DNA from: Hypanus sabinus
Lineage: Eukaryota
Direction: 5' to 3'
DNA length: 64,000 bases
NCBI RefSeq assembly: GCF_030144855.1
Contig: NC_082729.1
Coordinates: 35,464,001-35,528,000 of the forward strand
Each line of letters begins with the position of its first letter. The first letter of the stretch is position 1. The position numbers and the translations under genes are program-made. Below, piece by piece: positions 12,421 to 23,850 of the stretch. The notes under the pieces are model-generated. The model worked only from the letters and a program-made list of their open reading frames with translations, did no database searches and was not told the DNA's origin.

Positions 12421-12659
12421 CGGCACCACGGCCAACCCTGACCAACAGAGGGCCTCAAAGTATAAATACCATCAAAAGCAATTCCTTTTCAGCAGTAAAA
12501 ATGTACATTACAAGCGAAGGTTAATCTAAATGATCTAATTAACATAATTAGGGACTGTACGATCAGGTGGCAGAGAGAACAATTGCTCCATAGTGCCAGT
12601 GATTACTGATTAGGGTTCAATTCCCGCTGATGTCCGACTTTGAATGTTCTCCCCGTGAC

Positions 12660-13240
12660 CGTAAGACCCTAAGATACAGGAGCACGGGTAGGCCATTTGG
12701 CCCATCGAGTCTGTGCCATCATTCTACCATGGGCTGATGCAATTCTTCCAGTCATCCCCAATCCCCTGCTTTCACCCCATACCCTCTGATGCCCTGGCTA
12801 ATCAGGAGCCCTACCTATCTCTGCCCTAAATGCACCCAATGACTTGGCCTCCACAGCATCTCGCGGCAACAAATTCCACAGATTTGCCACCCTCTGACTG
12901 AAGTAATTCCTCCGCGTCTCAGTCCTAAATGGACGTCCTTCAATGCTGAGGTTGCGCCCTCTTGTCCTAGAATCCTCTACCATGGGAAAGAACTTTTCCA
13001 TGTCTCATCTGTTCAGGCCTTTTAACACTCAGAATGTTTCTATGAGATCCCCCTCATTCTCCTGAACTCCAGGGAATTCAGCCCAGGAGCTGCCAGACGT
13101 TCCTCATCCAGTAATCCTTTCATTCCTGGAATCATTCTTGTGAATCCTCTCTGAACCCCCTCCAATATCAGGAAATCCTTTCTATGATAAGGAGCCCAAA
13201 ACTGCACAAAATACTCCGTGTGGTCTCACGAGTGCCTCAT
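12660..13240 (-). mobile_element. CR1 LINE 3' fragment
   Basis: ORF 12798-13001 EKFFPMVEDSRTRGRNLSIEGRPFRTETRRNYFSQRVANLWN is typical CR1 ORF2 C-terminus. Confidence 0.75.
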
Positions 13241-14895
13241 AGAACCTCCACATCACCTCTGGGTGCTCCAGATTTCTCCCACATTCCAAAGCTGTACAGG
13301 TCAGAGTTATGTCATGTGGCGACACTAACGGACGGCCCCCAGCACACTTGTTGCTGATTTGATTTGACACTGCCGTCAGTCGTGCAATTCCTCAGGAATA
13401 CCGTCACACTCAGATGTAGGACTCTTCATCGCTGCTTCCATAACAGTCAGGCTTGTTGGCCCCGAGCTGAACCCCCCGAATCCGGAGGACCAGTGGACCA
13501 CTCTTAATCTGACCTCTACCCTCCGACCTGTTTGGCGTGGTTGACCCCACCAAGAGCCAAAGCACGAAGCCCTGTCTCCAGCCAGCGTCACTCTCCAGGT
13601 CTGAACCGTACGACAAGACTGTGGGTCCTCCTGGAGGTGCGTTCAGCACTGGTCACCTCATTATGGGGAGGATGTGGAAGGAGAGGGTGCAGAGGAGATC
13701 CAGCAGGACACTACCTGGACTAGGAGGTGTCAGTCATGAAGATAAGTTAACCAGGGATTTTCTCTTCAGAGCAAATGAGGATGAGGGGCACAGATCGAGT
13801 GGACAGGCAGAGACCGTTTCCCAGAGCAGAAATGACTATGATAGGCATAATTTTAAGATGATGGGAGGAAAGGAGAAGGGCATTTCAGAGGCAAGTTCTT
13901 CACACAGAGAGTGGCCCATGCACAAAACACCCTGCCAGGGGTGGTAGAGGCAGATACATCAGGGGCATTTAAGAGACTCAGATAGGCACATGGATGACAG
14001 AAAATGGAGGGCTATGTAGGAGGGAAGGGTAAGTTTGATCTTGGAGGCAGTTAAAAGGTTGTGGGCCAAATGGCCTGTGTTGTGTTCTTTGACCTTCATT
14101 GCACCTACACAAATGACAGTACATTCAACGTTGATGTGTCTCTCTCTCGAGTGCAGACCCGACCTGTTCATACCTTCCCTTACAGATCAAACCCCTTCAT
14201 CTCCAGGACTCACCCAGTGACCCTTCCCTGCAAACGTACTCTGCATTAAGGACCGAGTTCCGAACTGTACACAGTACACCAGGCGTGGTCTTACCAGTGT
14301 CCTTATAAACGTTCACCCGTGCTTCCATTCGCCAATCCCTCACAATACAGGCCATCATTCGATTTGATCAAGTTTACTGTCATTCAACCTTACACCTGCA
14401 CAGAGCTAAACGAAACACCGTTCCTCTGGGGCCAAGGTGGAACACACCATACATACAGTCACTTAAGGTTGTTATAGCCGGGGGTGGTAGTGAGGACAAG
14501 CTCCCACTACCTATTAGATGCCCCCAATGGTGTGCGCCTCTGACAACCGAGCCCGGCTCCTGGCCTTCACGTGCGGTTTGGCTACAAAGCCCAGCGGGAC
14601 CGTTTCTACTGACAGGAGAAGAAGCAAGGCTGGATTACTGATGCCTTTGTGCCAGTCGCTCTGGGCACACGGAACTCGCCAGCCATGGTTGGCAGCTCAT
14701 CTGGGAGAAAGGAGAACTCTCATCTCAAACCGTCACTGCCTCTCGGCTGGACCCACTCATGGGGAATGCTCCAGGAGTAAATCCCGAGGGAAAAATGTGG
14801 AGCTGGAGTCCCTCAGGCACTGAGATCAACACCGACTGGAAGATCCTGCGATGCCCCTGGTCCCAAACTGTACGTTCCTTTGGGTCCATATCGTA

Positions 14896-15047
14896 NNNNN
14901 NNNNNNNNNNNNNNNNNNNNNNNNNNNNNNNNNNNNNNNNNNNNNNNNNNNNNNNNNNNNNNNNNNNNNNNNNNNNNNNNNNNNNNNNNNNNNNNNNNNN
15001 NNNNNNNNNNNNNNNNNNNNNNNNNNNNNNNNNNNNNNNNNNNNNNN
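14896..15047. other. Run of N (152 nt), gap or masked sequence
   Basis: Direct observation. Confidence 1.
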
Positions 15048-15453
15048 GAACGTATAGTCACAAAGTAATATTAGCACAGGTCCCTGCCTGGCCTGGCTGA
15101 ACACTGACAGGGTGCCCCAAGGTGTGAGGTGCATCTTTATGTCAGACAGTGTAATGTTACTGGCTCTATTATAATGAAGCAAGTATGAGGTTGTGTCAGT
15201 ATGTGAAATACTAGTAATTAAAGGTTTAATGTGACCAGCACATTCACACAGGGTGTACCTGTGTGCTGGGCGTCAGCAGGGTGTTAAAAGTCCAACAGCC
15301 AGGGGCAAGAAGCTAAAACTCAACCTGTCCGTTCTGGTCCCTACACAGTTGTACCTTCTCCCTGATGGCAGGAGGTCAAAGGGGCTGCGGGAAGGATGGG
15401 TGGGGCCTTTGACAAAGCTGGAAGCACTGTCATGTGGGACCTTGCCATGTGTC

Positions 15454-15692
15454 NNNNNNNNNNNNNNNNNNNNNNNNNNNNNNNNNNNNNNNNNNNNNNN
15501 NNNNNNNNNNNNNNNNNNNNNNNNNNNNNNNNNNNNNNNNNNNNNNNNNNNNNNNNNNNNNNNNNNNNNNNNNNNNNNNNNNNNNNNNNNNNNNNNNNNN
15601 NNNNNNNNNNNNNNNNNNNNNNNNNNNNNNNNNNNNNNNNNNNNNNNNNNNNNNNNNNNNNNNNNNNNNNNNNNNNNNNNNNNNNNNNNNNN
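15454..15692. other. Run of N (239 nt), gap or masked sequence
   Basis: Direct observation; the right flank is GA-rich low complexity. Confidence 1.
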
Positions 15693-16168
15693 AAGTGGGG
15701 GAGGGGAGAGGAGAGAGGGAGGGGGGAGAGAAGGAGGGAGGGAGAGAGGGAGATGTTATATCTTGTATCTAAACTAATTAACCTAATTCAAAAGGATGTG
15801 GGTCTAACTTCAAGTTTACTTAAGCATGTATCATGTGATCGCATGATGACGTACGTATTTCACGAACTTCTACATTTCGAGTTTCAAAGTTTCTAAGTGT
15901 GCATTTATTATCAAAGATTGGATGAAGTATACAATCTTGAGATTTGTTTGCATATACAAACATTTACTTAACAAACAGGATTGCTTGATCAAACAAAATA
16001 AAAACAAGATTACTCCAATATTATTGAAATATTAAATGCACACTGGAGACATCTCTGTCCTCACTACATGAGGTAGTGCCGCTCCCACACCAGACGGTGA
16101 TGCTGTTGGTCAGGACGTGGAGCTCCGGGGGAAGTGTGGGGGTTGGGGGAGGTTTTGTAATTACTTAC

Positions 16169-16400
16169 TGCAAACTAACTTTTCAAGTTGCCGATACTAT
16201 CCCTTGTACTGGGACGCCTTGCAAAAACGTACTTTCCCATTCTTCATTGTGTCATGGATCACCACGTACTTCCCCACCATCATTCTCCATCCGTCAGTTT
16301 CCTGCTCGCCCGATTAACCTGTCACTGGCGTGGAATTCTAGCCGAAGGGAAAGTCGGGCTGTGCTCAGTTTTTAGTCACGACACGGGAGTGTTTAATAAT
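16169..16400 (-). pseudogene. Possible decayed MHC alpha1-like exon relic
   Basis: Ends TGC A|gtaagt (phase 1). The frame contains QETDG plus V, NG, Q and R at the same ungapped positions as the 62917-63192 exon. Four in-frame stops; the 5' part is replaced by CR1. Confidence 0.3.
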
Positions 16401-16474
16401 CTGGGCTCGACTCACTGGGATTTATTTAATGAGGAAGGATCTCACGGAAATCTGTCAAATACCGAAAGGCCTAT

Positions 16475-16981
16475 ATAGAGTGGATGTGGAGAGGATGTTA
16501 CCTATGGGGGGGGGGAGGGAGTCTGGGACCAGAGGACACAGATGGAGTGGATGTGGAGAGGATGTTTCCTATAGTGGGGGAGTCTAGAACCAGAGGACAC
16601 AGATAGAGTGGATGTGGAGAGGATGTTACCTATGGGGGGGGGGGGGGGGGAGGGAGTCTGGGACCAGAGGGCACAGATAGAGTGGATGTGGAGAGGATGT
16701 TTCCTATGGTTGGGCAGTCTAGGACCAGAGGACACAGATAGAGTGGATGTGGAGAGCACATTTCCTATCATGGGGGAGTCTGGGACCAGAGGACACAGAT
16801 AGAGTGGATGTGGAGAGAATGTTTCCTACAGTGGGGGAGTCTAGGACCAGAGGACACAGATAGAGTGGATGTGGAGAGGACATTTCCTATCATGCGGGAG
16901 TCTAGGACCAGAGGACACAGATGGAGTGGATGTGGAGAGGATGTTTCCTATAGTGGGGGAGGCTAGGACCAGAGGGCACAG
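16475..16981 (+). repeat. Tandem array of 8 x ~61 bp derived from a CR1 3' coding segment
   Basis: Unit ATAGAGTGGATGTGGAGAGGATGTTTCCTATAGTGGGGGAGTCTAGGACCAGAGGACACAG; copies start at 16738, 16799, 16860 and 16921; normal CR1 sequence continues from 16982 to ~17235. Confidence 0.92.
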
Positions 16982-17345
16982 CCTCAGAATAGAGGGACAT
17001 CCTTTTAGAACAGAGATGAGGAGGAATTTCTTTAGCCAGTGAGTGGCGAATCTGTGGAATTCATTGCCACAAACGCAAGACATTGGGGAGATTTAAAGTG
17101 GAGCTTGATAGGCTCTTGATTAGCAAAGACAAAGGTTGGGAGAAAGCAGGAGAGTGAGTGAGAGGGTTAATAAATCAGCATTGATTGAACAGCGGTGCAG
17201 ACTCGATTGACTGAATGGTTTGATTCTGGTCCTATAACCGATTGTCTTCATACAAGATCTTGGCGGCTTTGAATCGTGGAGTTTAATGTTTGTTTGTCTG
17301 TCTGTGTGTGTGTGAGGGGTCTCCCACACTCGGTCCCATGAGGGG

Positions 17346-17543
17346 CAGAGTTCCCAGCGGTATATCGGATCAGCCGATCACAACGTGCCCTCTGCTCGCT
17401 CTCCGTGACCACAGAGTTCCCGGCAGTATATCGGATCAGCCGATCACAACGTGCCCTCTGCTCGCTCTCCGTGACCACAGAGTTCCCAGCGGTATATCGG
17501 ATCAGCCGATCACAACATGCCCTCTGCTCGCTCTCCGTGACCA
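17346..17543. repeat. Tandem repeat 3 x 66 bp, CpG-rich
   Basis: Copies start at 17346, 17412 and 17478; six CpG per unit; internal ATCGG-ATCAG-CCGAT inverted repeat. Confidence 0.95.
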
Positions 17544-17544
17544 C

Positions 17545-17840
17545 AAGAGACAGTGGAGAGATCAGCACACCACAGAAACCAGCCTCCGCTCAACAGACAT
17601 CTCAGTACAGCAGCCAGAATGATGAGAGATCCCACCCACCCCCAGAGATTCTCACTCTTCCCCCCTCCCAGTGGGCAGAAGATGCAAAAGCCTGAAAGAC
17701 ATCCCACCAGGCTCAAAGACGGATTCTCCCCGCTGTTATAAAAGTATTGAATGGCTGTGTAGTATGATAAGATGACAATCCTGACCTCACAATCTACCTC
17801 GTTATGATCTTGCACCTTATTGTCTATCTGAACTGCACTT
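17545..17840 (+). mobile_element. Rex1/Babar-type LINE 3' fragment
   Basis: cagcacaccacagaaaccagcctcc, gacggattctcccc and tatgatcttgcaccttattgtct segments typical of these 3' ends in the window. Confidence 0.5.
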
Positions 17841-18588
17841 TGTTGAACATAGATCAGTATAGCCCATGGTGTTAACCTTCTCCAATATCGATCCAACCCT
17901 TCCCTCCCACAAAGCCCTCCATTTTTCTATCATCCATGTGCCCCTCTAAGGTCCCTGAGGTATCTGCCTGTACCATACACCCGCCACCTCTGACATCTCC
18001 CCTATGCTTTCTTCCTTAAAATTCTGCCGTCTCACATTAGCCATCTCCAACCTGTGCCTCTTACCATCTTGTACACCCCTATCAACTCATCTCTCACCCT
18101 CCTTCGCTCCAGAAAGTCCCAGCTCGCTCAACCTCTCCTCATAAGACATGTTCCCTAGTCCAGGCAGCAGCCTGGTAAATCTCCTCTGTGCCCTCTCCCT
18201 AAAGTTTCCTCATCCTTCCTGTAAGGAGGCGACCAGACCTGAACACAATACTCCAGGCGTGGTCTAACCAGGGTTTTCTACCATAAAAGACAGGAGCAGA
18301 ATTAGGCCATTCAGCCCATTGAGTCTGCTGTGCCATTCAATCAGGGTGGATTTATTTTCCCCCTCAACCCCATTCTCCTGTCTTCTCCCCATCACCTTTG
18401 TCGCCTATCAACCCCCTCTTTAAATATACCCAGGTACTTGGCCTCCACAGCCATCTCTGGCACTGAATTCCACAGATTCACCACCCTCTGGCTAAAGAAA
18501 CTCCTCCACCTCTCCGTTCTAAAGGGATGTTCTTCTATTTTGAGGCTGTGCCCTCCCCCACTATAGCAAGCGTACTCTCTATCTAGGC

Positions 18589-21484
18589 CGGGGGTCGGCA
18601 ACCTGCGGCTCCCGAGCCATTTGTGGCTCTTTCACCTCTGTGCTGCGGCTCCCTGTGGCTTTGGGAAATAATTGGTCAGTATTTAATTAAAATGTATTTT
18701 ATGTTAGTTTGTTAGCTTTTGAAATGTAATTCTAAATTTGAAGATTATGGTGATCTTGTACAATCTAAATGTGGCGACACATTTCCTGGCACATCCGAAA
18801 CGGCTCACAATTAGCCAGCATTCCGGCTAGGGGAGATAGCCTACGGGGGTTTGTGAGTACGCATCTTTTGCAGCATCTGCGTCCATGGGGGCTGGGTTGA
18901 GGGAGGCTTAAAAGCAAGGCTGTTTAGTTCGAATAAAGTTATTCGACTGCAGTTTACTGACTGCGTGAGCACACCGCTACAACGTGTTTTTATCGCTATT
19001 AATATACGTCACCACTGCCAATACCTGACACCCGCCAGTGCGCGATTTCTTTAATTTTTCGATCCAAGGTAAGCCAACTATGGAGAATTCTAAAAAAAGA
19101 AAAGTGACTGAAGAAAACAGAACGTTTAATGATACGTGGACAGATTCATTTGCTTTCACTGTTGACGAGACTGGTTTACCGGTATGCTTAGTATGCAATG
19201 AGAAACTAGCAAACAACAAAAAGTCAAATGTCGCAAGGCATTTCCAGAATAAACACGCAGCCTTTGCTCAAAAATATCCGGATGGAGATGAGAGAAAAAA
19301 AGCCGTTTCGGAACTGATGCGGAAGGTTGATCTGAGCAAAAATCATTTCCAGAAATGGATGAAGTCTGGAAAATCAACGACATACGCCAGTTATATTGCC
19401 GCTCAGGAAATAGTCAGGCACGGGAAGCAGTTTACAGATGGTGAATATATAAAAGAATCTTTCATTAAGATTTCAGAACATCTATTCACGGACTTTAAAA
19501 ACAAGAGTGAAATTGTGCAGAAAATCAGGGATATGCCCCTCTCTGCAAAGACTGTCAAAGACAGAACCATAAAAATGGCAGAAGACATCACAAGACAGCA
19601 AATTAAAGACATCAATTCAGCTGTGGCCTACTCGATTGCCTGTGACGAGTCTCAAGACAAAGGTGATATTGAACAAATAGCGTTGTTCTGCCGGTATGTA
19701 AACTCTGCCGGGCCACAGGAAGAACTGATTGAGTTGATACCTCTAAAAGACCAAACACGGGGGGAGGACATCTGTGAGGCTGTCTTGAATTGTTTAAGAG
19801 CCAAAGGAATAAAGATCACCCATCTGGTGTCAGTAGCTACTGATGGGGCACCGAATATGACGGGAACGCACAAGGGAATTGTGGCTTTACTGCAGAAGTC
19901 GCTGGACAGAAAGCTGCTGACTTTTCACTGCATCTTGCACCAAGAGGCACTGTGCGCTCAAACATTTCCTCCGGAATGCACAGAAGTAATGGATGTTGTC
20001 ATTCAGATTGTCAATAAAATAATGGCAAAAAGTTTAAATCACCGTCAATTCCGTTTGTTACTGGACGAGCTGGAAAGCGCATATTCTGATCTCCTGCTGC
20101 ACAACAAAGTCCGGTGGCTGTCCAAAGGGGAGGTGCTGAAACACTTTGTCGCGTGTCTGGAAGAAGTGAAAACTTTCCTGGGCAGCAAAGGGCTCACCTT
20201 TCCTGAGCTGGAACAGCCAGAGTGGCTGGAAAAGCTACACTTCATGGTAGACATGACAGCGCACCTGAACACGCTGAACACAGCTCTTCAGGGGAAAGGA
20301 CGCACAGCCCTGCACATGTTGGAGGGTGTCTTGGCATTCGAGCGCAAGTTGACAGTGCTTGCCAGAGATTTACAGAAAGGCACTTTGTCTCACTTCCCCA
20401 ATTTGAGAGAGTTCAAACAAGGTCACGACATGATAATTTCGGAGTATTTACATTCTGCAATCATCGCAATGCAAACATCATTTGGGAAACGCTTCTGTGA
20501 GTTCAGAGAGGAAAAAAACACATTATCCTTCCCGGTCACTCCCTTAAGCATCGATCCTTCCCTACTGAATACGACTGCATTGGCAGGTGTGAGTCAACCT
20601 GATCTTGAGATGGAACTGGCCGACATAGCCGACAAAGACATATGGGTGTCCAAGTTTAGACGCTTGACAGCAGACTTTGAAGATGTTGCTCGTCAGAAGG
20701 CCGTTCTTGCTCAGAATCACAAATGGAGTGATATTGAAAACCTTCCAAAACCGGACAAACTTGTGTTCGAAACATGGAATGCTATGCCCGACATTTATGT
20801 AAACATGAAAAAGTATGCGCTTGGAGTCCTGTCGATCTTTGGATCCACATATGTATGTGAGCAGGTGTTCTCCAACATGAACTTTATTAAAAACAAACAT
20901 CGCGCACGCCTCACAGATGACAGCTTGCGATCCTGTGTAAAGATGAAGGTGACGTCATACAGCCCTGATGTGCAGACGCTGTGCGCTGAGGTCCAGGAGC
21001 AGAAATCCCATTAACCAAGTATGATAAATATTTTAATTGCCTATTGTTTTATGTATATTCATATTTTTTCATTGTTCAGTGAAATAGTCCTTTTATTTTT
21101 CAGGCTGACAGCTGGCTGATGTTATTTTTGGTTTGCTGCTGGCGGAAAATTTAAGTTCGGTGTTTTTCATAAATACAAGAAGGACTCAAATAGACATTGA
21201 GTATTTTACTTAAAAGTAACTTTCAACCCAACGTCTTTTTTTCGGAGTTCAAAATGTTTTTGTTGCATGCAGAAATGTAATTTCGTTTTCTCTGCAGGAG
21301 TTCATCAATTTCATAAATGCAACACATTATAGTTTGTTTATACATAGCATAAAGGCAAAAAAAACGTTGTATGCAGTGTTATTTAATTTTAAATGTCAAA
21401 CGGGTTTTGCGGCTCCCAGTGTTTTCTTTTCTGTGGGAAACGGGTCCAAGTGGCTCTTTCAGTGGTAAAGGTTGCTGACCCCTG
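18589..21484 (+). mobile_element. Full-length hAT DNA transposon (Buster/Charlie subgroup), apparently autonomous
   Basis: 16-bp TIRs CGGGGGTCGGCAACCT (18589-18604) and CAGGGGTCAGCAACCT (reverse complement of 21469-21484). Perfect 8-bp TSD ATCTAGGC (18581-18588, 21485-21492) with central TA. Subterminal G(C/T)GGCTC motifs at both ends. Inserted in a CR1 fragment that resumes after the TSD. Confidence 0.97.
19080..21014 (+). CDS. hAT transposase, 644 aa from ATG 19080 (GTF2IRD2/Buster-like family)
   Basis: Uninterrupted ORF. KKRK NLS-like motif; BED finger CLVC...HFQNKH; catalytic D (IACDES), D (ATDGAPNM) and E (YVCEQVFS); CxxH (FHCILH); RW motif (VRWLS); C-terminal hAT dimerisation region. 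Confidence 0.95.
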   Translation: MENSKKRKVTEENRTFNDTWTDSFAFTVDETGLPVCLVCNEKLANNKKSNVARHFQNKHAAFAQKYPDGDERKKAVSELMRKVDLSKNHFQKWMKSGKSTTYASYIAAQEIVRHGKQFTDGEYIKESFIKISEHLFTDFKNKSEIVQKIRDMPLSAKTVKDRTIKMAEDITRQQIKDINSAVAYSIACDESQDKGDIEQIALFCRYVNSAGPQEELIELIPLKDQTRGEDICEAVLNCLRAKGIKITHLVSVATDGAPNMTGTHKGIVALLQKSLDRKLLTFHCILHQEALCAQTFPPECTEVMDVVIQIVNKIMAKSLNHRQFRLLLDELESAYSDLLLHNKVRWLSKGEVLKHFVACLEEVKTFLGSKGLTFPELEQPEWLEKLHFMVDMTAHLNTLNTALQGKGRTALHMLEGVLAFERKLTVLARDLQKGTLSHFPNLREFKQGHDMIISEYLHSAIIAMQTSFGKRFCEFREEKNTLSFPVTPLSIDPSLLNTTALAGVSQPDLEMELADIADKDIWVSKFRRLTADFEDVARQKAVLAQNHKWSDIENLPKPDKLVFETWNAMPDIYVNMKKYALGVLSIFGSTYVCEQVFSNMNFIKNKHRARLTDDSLRSCVKMKVTSYSPDVQTLCAEVQEQKSH

Positions 21485-22283
21485 ATCTAGGCCTTTCCAC
21501 TCTATCTAGTCCTTTCAAAATTCGACAGGTTTTAATGAGCCTCCCCCACCAACATTTCAAACTCCAGTGAGTACAGGCCCAGAGCCATCAAACGCGCCTC
21601 ACCCGTTAACCCTTTCATTCCCAGGATCATTCTCAAAAACCTCCTCTGGATCTTCTCCAATGCCAACACATCCTCTCTCACAAAACTGCTCGCGATATGC
21701 CAAGTGCGGTCTGACCAATGCCTGATGGAGCCTCAGCGTCACATCCCTGCTTTGATATTCTATCCTGCTTTCATGCATTAACCGACGCTCCTGAATCGTC
21801 GGTCGCTTTTACACTTTACTCTGCATCGTTAATATTTTACCACATTCTACCTCAAAGTGGATTGTGTAACGATCTGGTAGAACACAGCCCAGCATCGGGC
21901 CATTCATTTAGAACCGGCTAAAAAGCAAATCAAAAACGCCCGAACACCAATCCCTCCCACCACATCCCTATGCTGGAACCCTCAGCAGCACACACAAATT
22001 CTGGAAGAACTCAGCAGGTCAGGCAGCATCTGAGAAAGTGAATAAACAGTCGATGTTTCAGATTGAGGCCCTTCATCATTCTCCTCCATAGATGCCGCCT
22101 GACATACTGATCTCCTTCTGCGTTTTGTGAATGAGATTACTCCCTCTCCTTTAGTCACTGACATTGGAAACAGTGCTATTTCAGATTCCTACAGTGATAG
22201 CTTCCATCACTAGCCAACATCAGTTGAGTAGATTCTCCATGTCACTTCTATCCATGTACTTACCCAAATTCTTCCTAAATATC

Positions 22284-22766
22284 TGTTATGATGGAAATAA
22301 CTGGTTCTTTGAGTCTCAACAGTAGAGGCCTGGACACACACAGTTTTAATAAGAAGGAATTTATTTACAAGGGGAAGTCGGGTCAACACAAGCAACTACA
22401 ATACACAGGAAGCGGTGTGGGGGCAGGGTACGGTTACACAAACAAAGAACAAGGGAAAAGCACTACGACAGCTATCACCCTTGACCTTGGATAGCCACGG
22501 CTCCCTTACCAGGACAAACGATAGACCTTCCCAAACATAAATCAATGCACTTACCTCCAATGAGGTGGTCTGTAAGAGAGGGTGAGCCAGGGACAAGTCT
22601 CACCTTTTATAGCATGGGGCTGGGCAGGATAATCCAATTAAGGTGACCAATAATTTAGGTGTGCATTGATTAGTTGGGAGGGACCAAATGTTGATTGGCA
22701 TGTGGTGTGTCCTCCGACCAGCCAGGTGGCAGTGCATCTGTCACATGGCCGGTATCTCTGGATACA
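22284..22766 (-). mobile_element. Probable solo LTR (483 bp), minus orientation
   Basis: TG...CA termini; flanking 5-bp direct repeat ATATC (22279-22283, 22767-22771). On the minus strand CCAAT (~22695), TATAAAA (~22610) and AATAAA (~22365) occur in LTR order. Confidence 0.6.
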
Positions 22767-22769
22767 ATA

Positions 22770-23850
22770 TCCAAATCAGGCCTCACCAACATCTTGTACA
22801 ACTTCAACATCGCATTCTAGCTCCTGTATTCAGTGCTTTGATTTATGAAGGCCAATATGCCAGAAGCTCTCTTTATGACCCCATGTACCTGTGACACCAT
22901 TATGGATCTGCATTGCTGGATCCCTCTGTTCTATTGCAATCCGCTGTACCCTAGCCCTCGCTATGGAAGTCTTCCACTGATTTGTGCTTCCAAAGTGCAA
23001 CACCTCACACCTGCATCAAATTCTATTGACCTTTCCTTCAGCCCGTTTTTCCAACCGGTCGAGATCCCGCTGCGATCGTTGATAGCCTTCCCTGCTGCCC
23101 ACTAAAACCCCCAATCTCAGCGTCGTCAGCAAATTTGCCGATCTACTTTACCACATTGTCATCCATGTCGTCGTCAACGCCAATGGACCCTGCACCAATC
23201 CGCACTGGTCACCAGAATGCCAAGCAACAGCCAACTTCTTGACCAACCTCCCATTCAGGACCCCGTCAAAGGCCTTGCTAAAGTCCATGTAGGCATGTCC
23301 ACTGCCTTGCCTTCATCAACTTTCCTGACAACTTCCCTGAAAGCCTCTATAAGACTGGTGAGACACAACCTACCGCTCGCAAAGCTGGCTATCCCTAATC
23401 TATTCAAATATATATCCAGTCCCTTAGAAACTCATGATTCAAGCTCACCAGCCTATACTTTCATGGCTTTTCAGCAGATCCTTGCTTTAGCGACGTAAAA
23501 TTAGCTGACCAGATCCTTTCTGATACCGTCAAAATCCTCCGACACCTCACCTATGACTTAGGATATATTAGAAACCTCTGCAATCTCTGCTTGGGCCTCC
23601 CACAAGGTCCAATGGAACACCTTGTCAGTCCACCCTAATTTTCCTCAAGGCAGCAAGTGCCTCCTTCTTGCATGTGGTGCATGACCTAACTGCACGCCTT
23701 TACCAGAAAACAGCTTGTCCCAGTCCACACTTGCCCGATCCTTCCTGATACCATCAAAATTGGCCTTTCTCCAATTTAGATTCTCAGCCTGAGTACCAGA
23801 CGTATTCTTCCCCATAATTATCTTGAAACTAATGAGCCCCTCAGCTGCGT
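22770..23850 (-). mobile_element. CR1 LINE RT fragments, degenerate
   Basis: Minus-strand VDEGKAVDMPTWTLARPL-type and NWRKANFDGIRKD remnants. Confidence 0.65.

Noticed and set aside
19038-21014. Calling the ORF the host gene GTF2IRD2 or EPM2AIP1
   Set aside because: It is intronless and enclosed by TIRs and a perfect TSD inside a LINE, so it is a transposon copy, not a domesticated locus.
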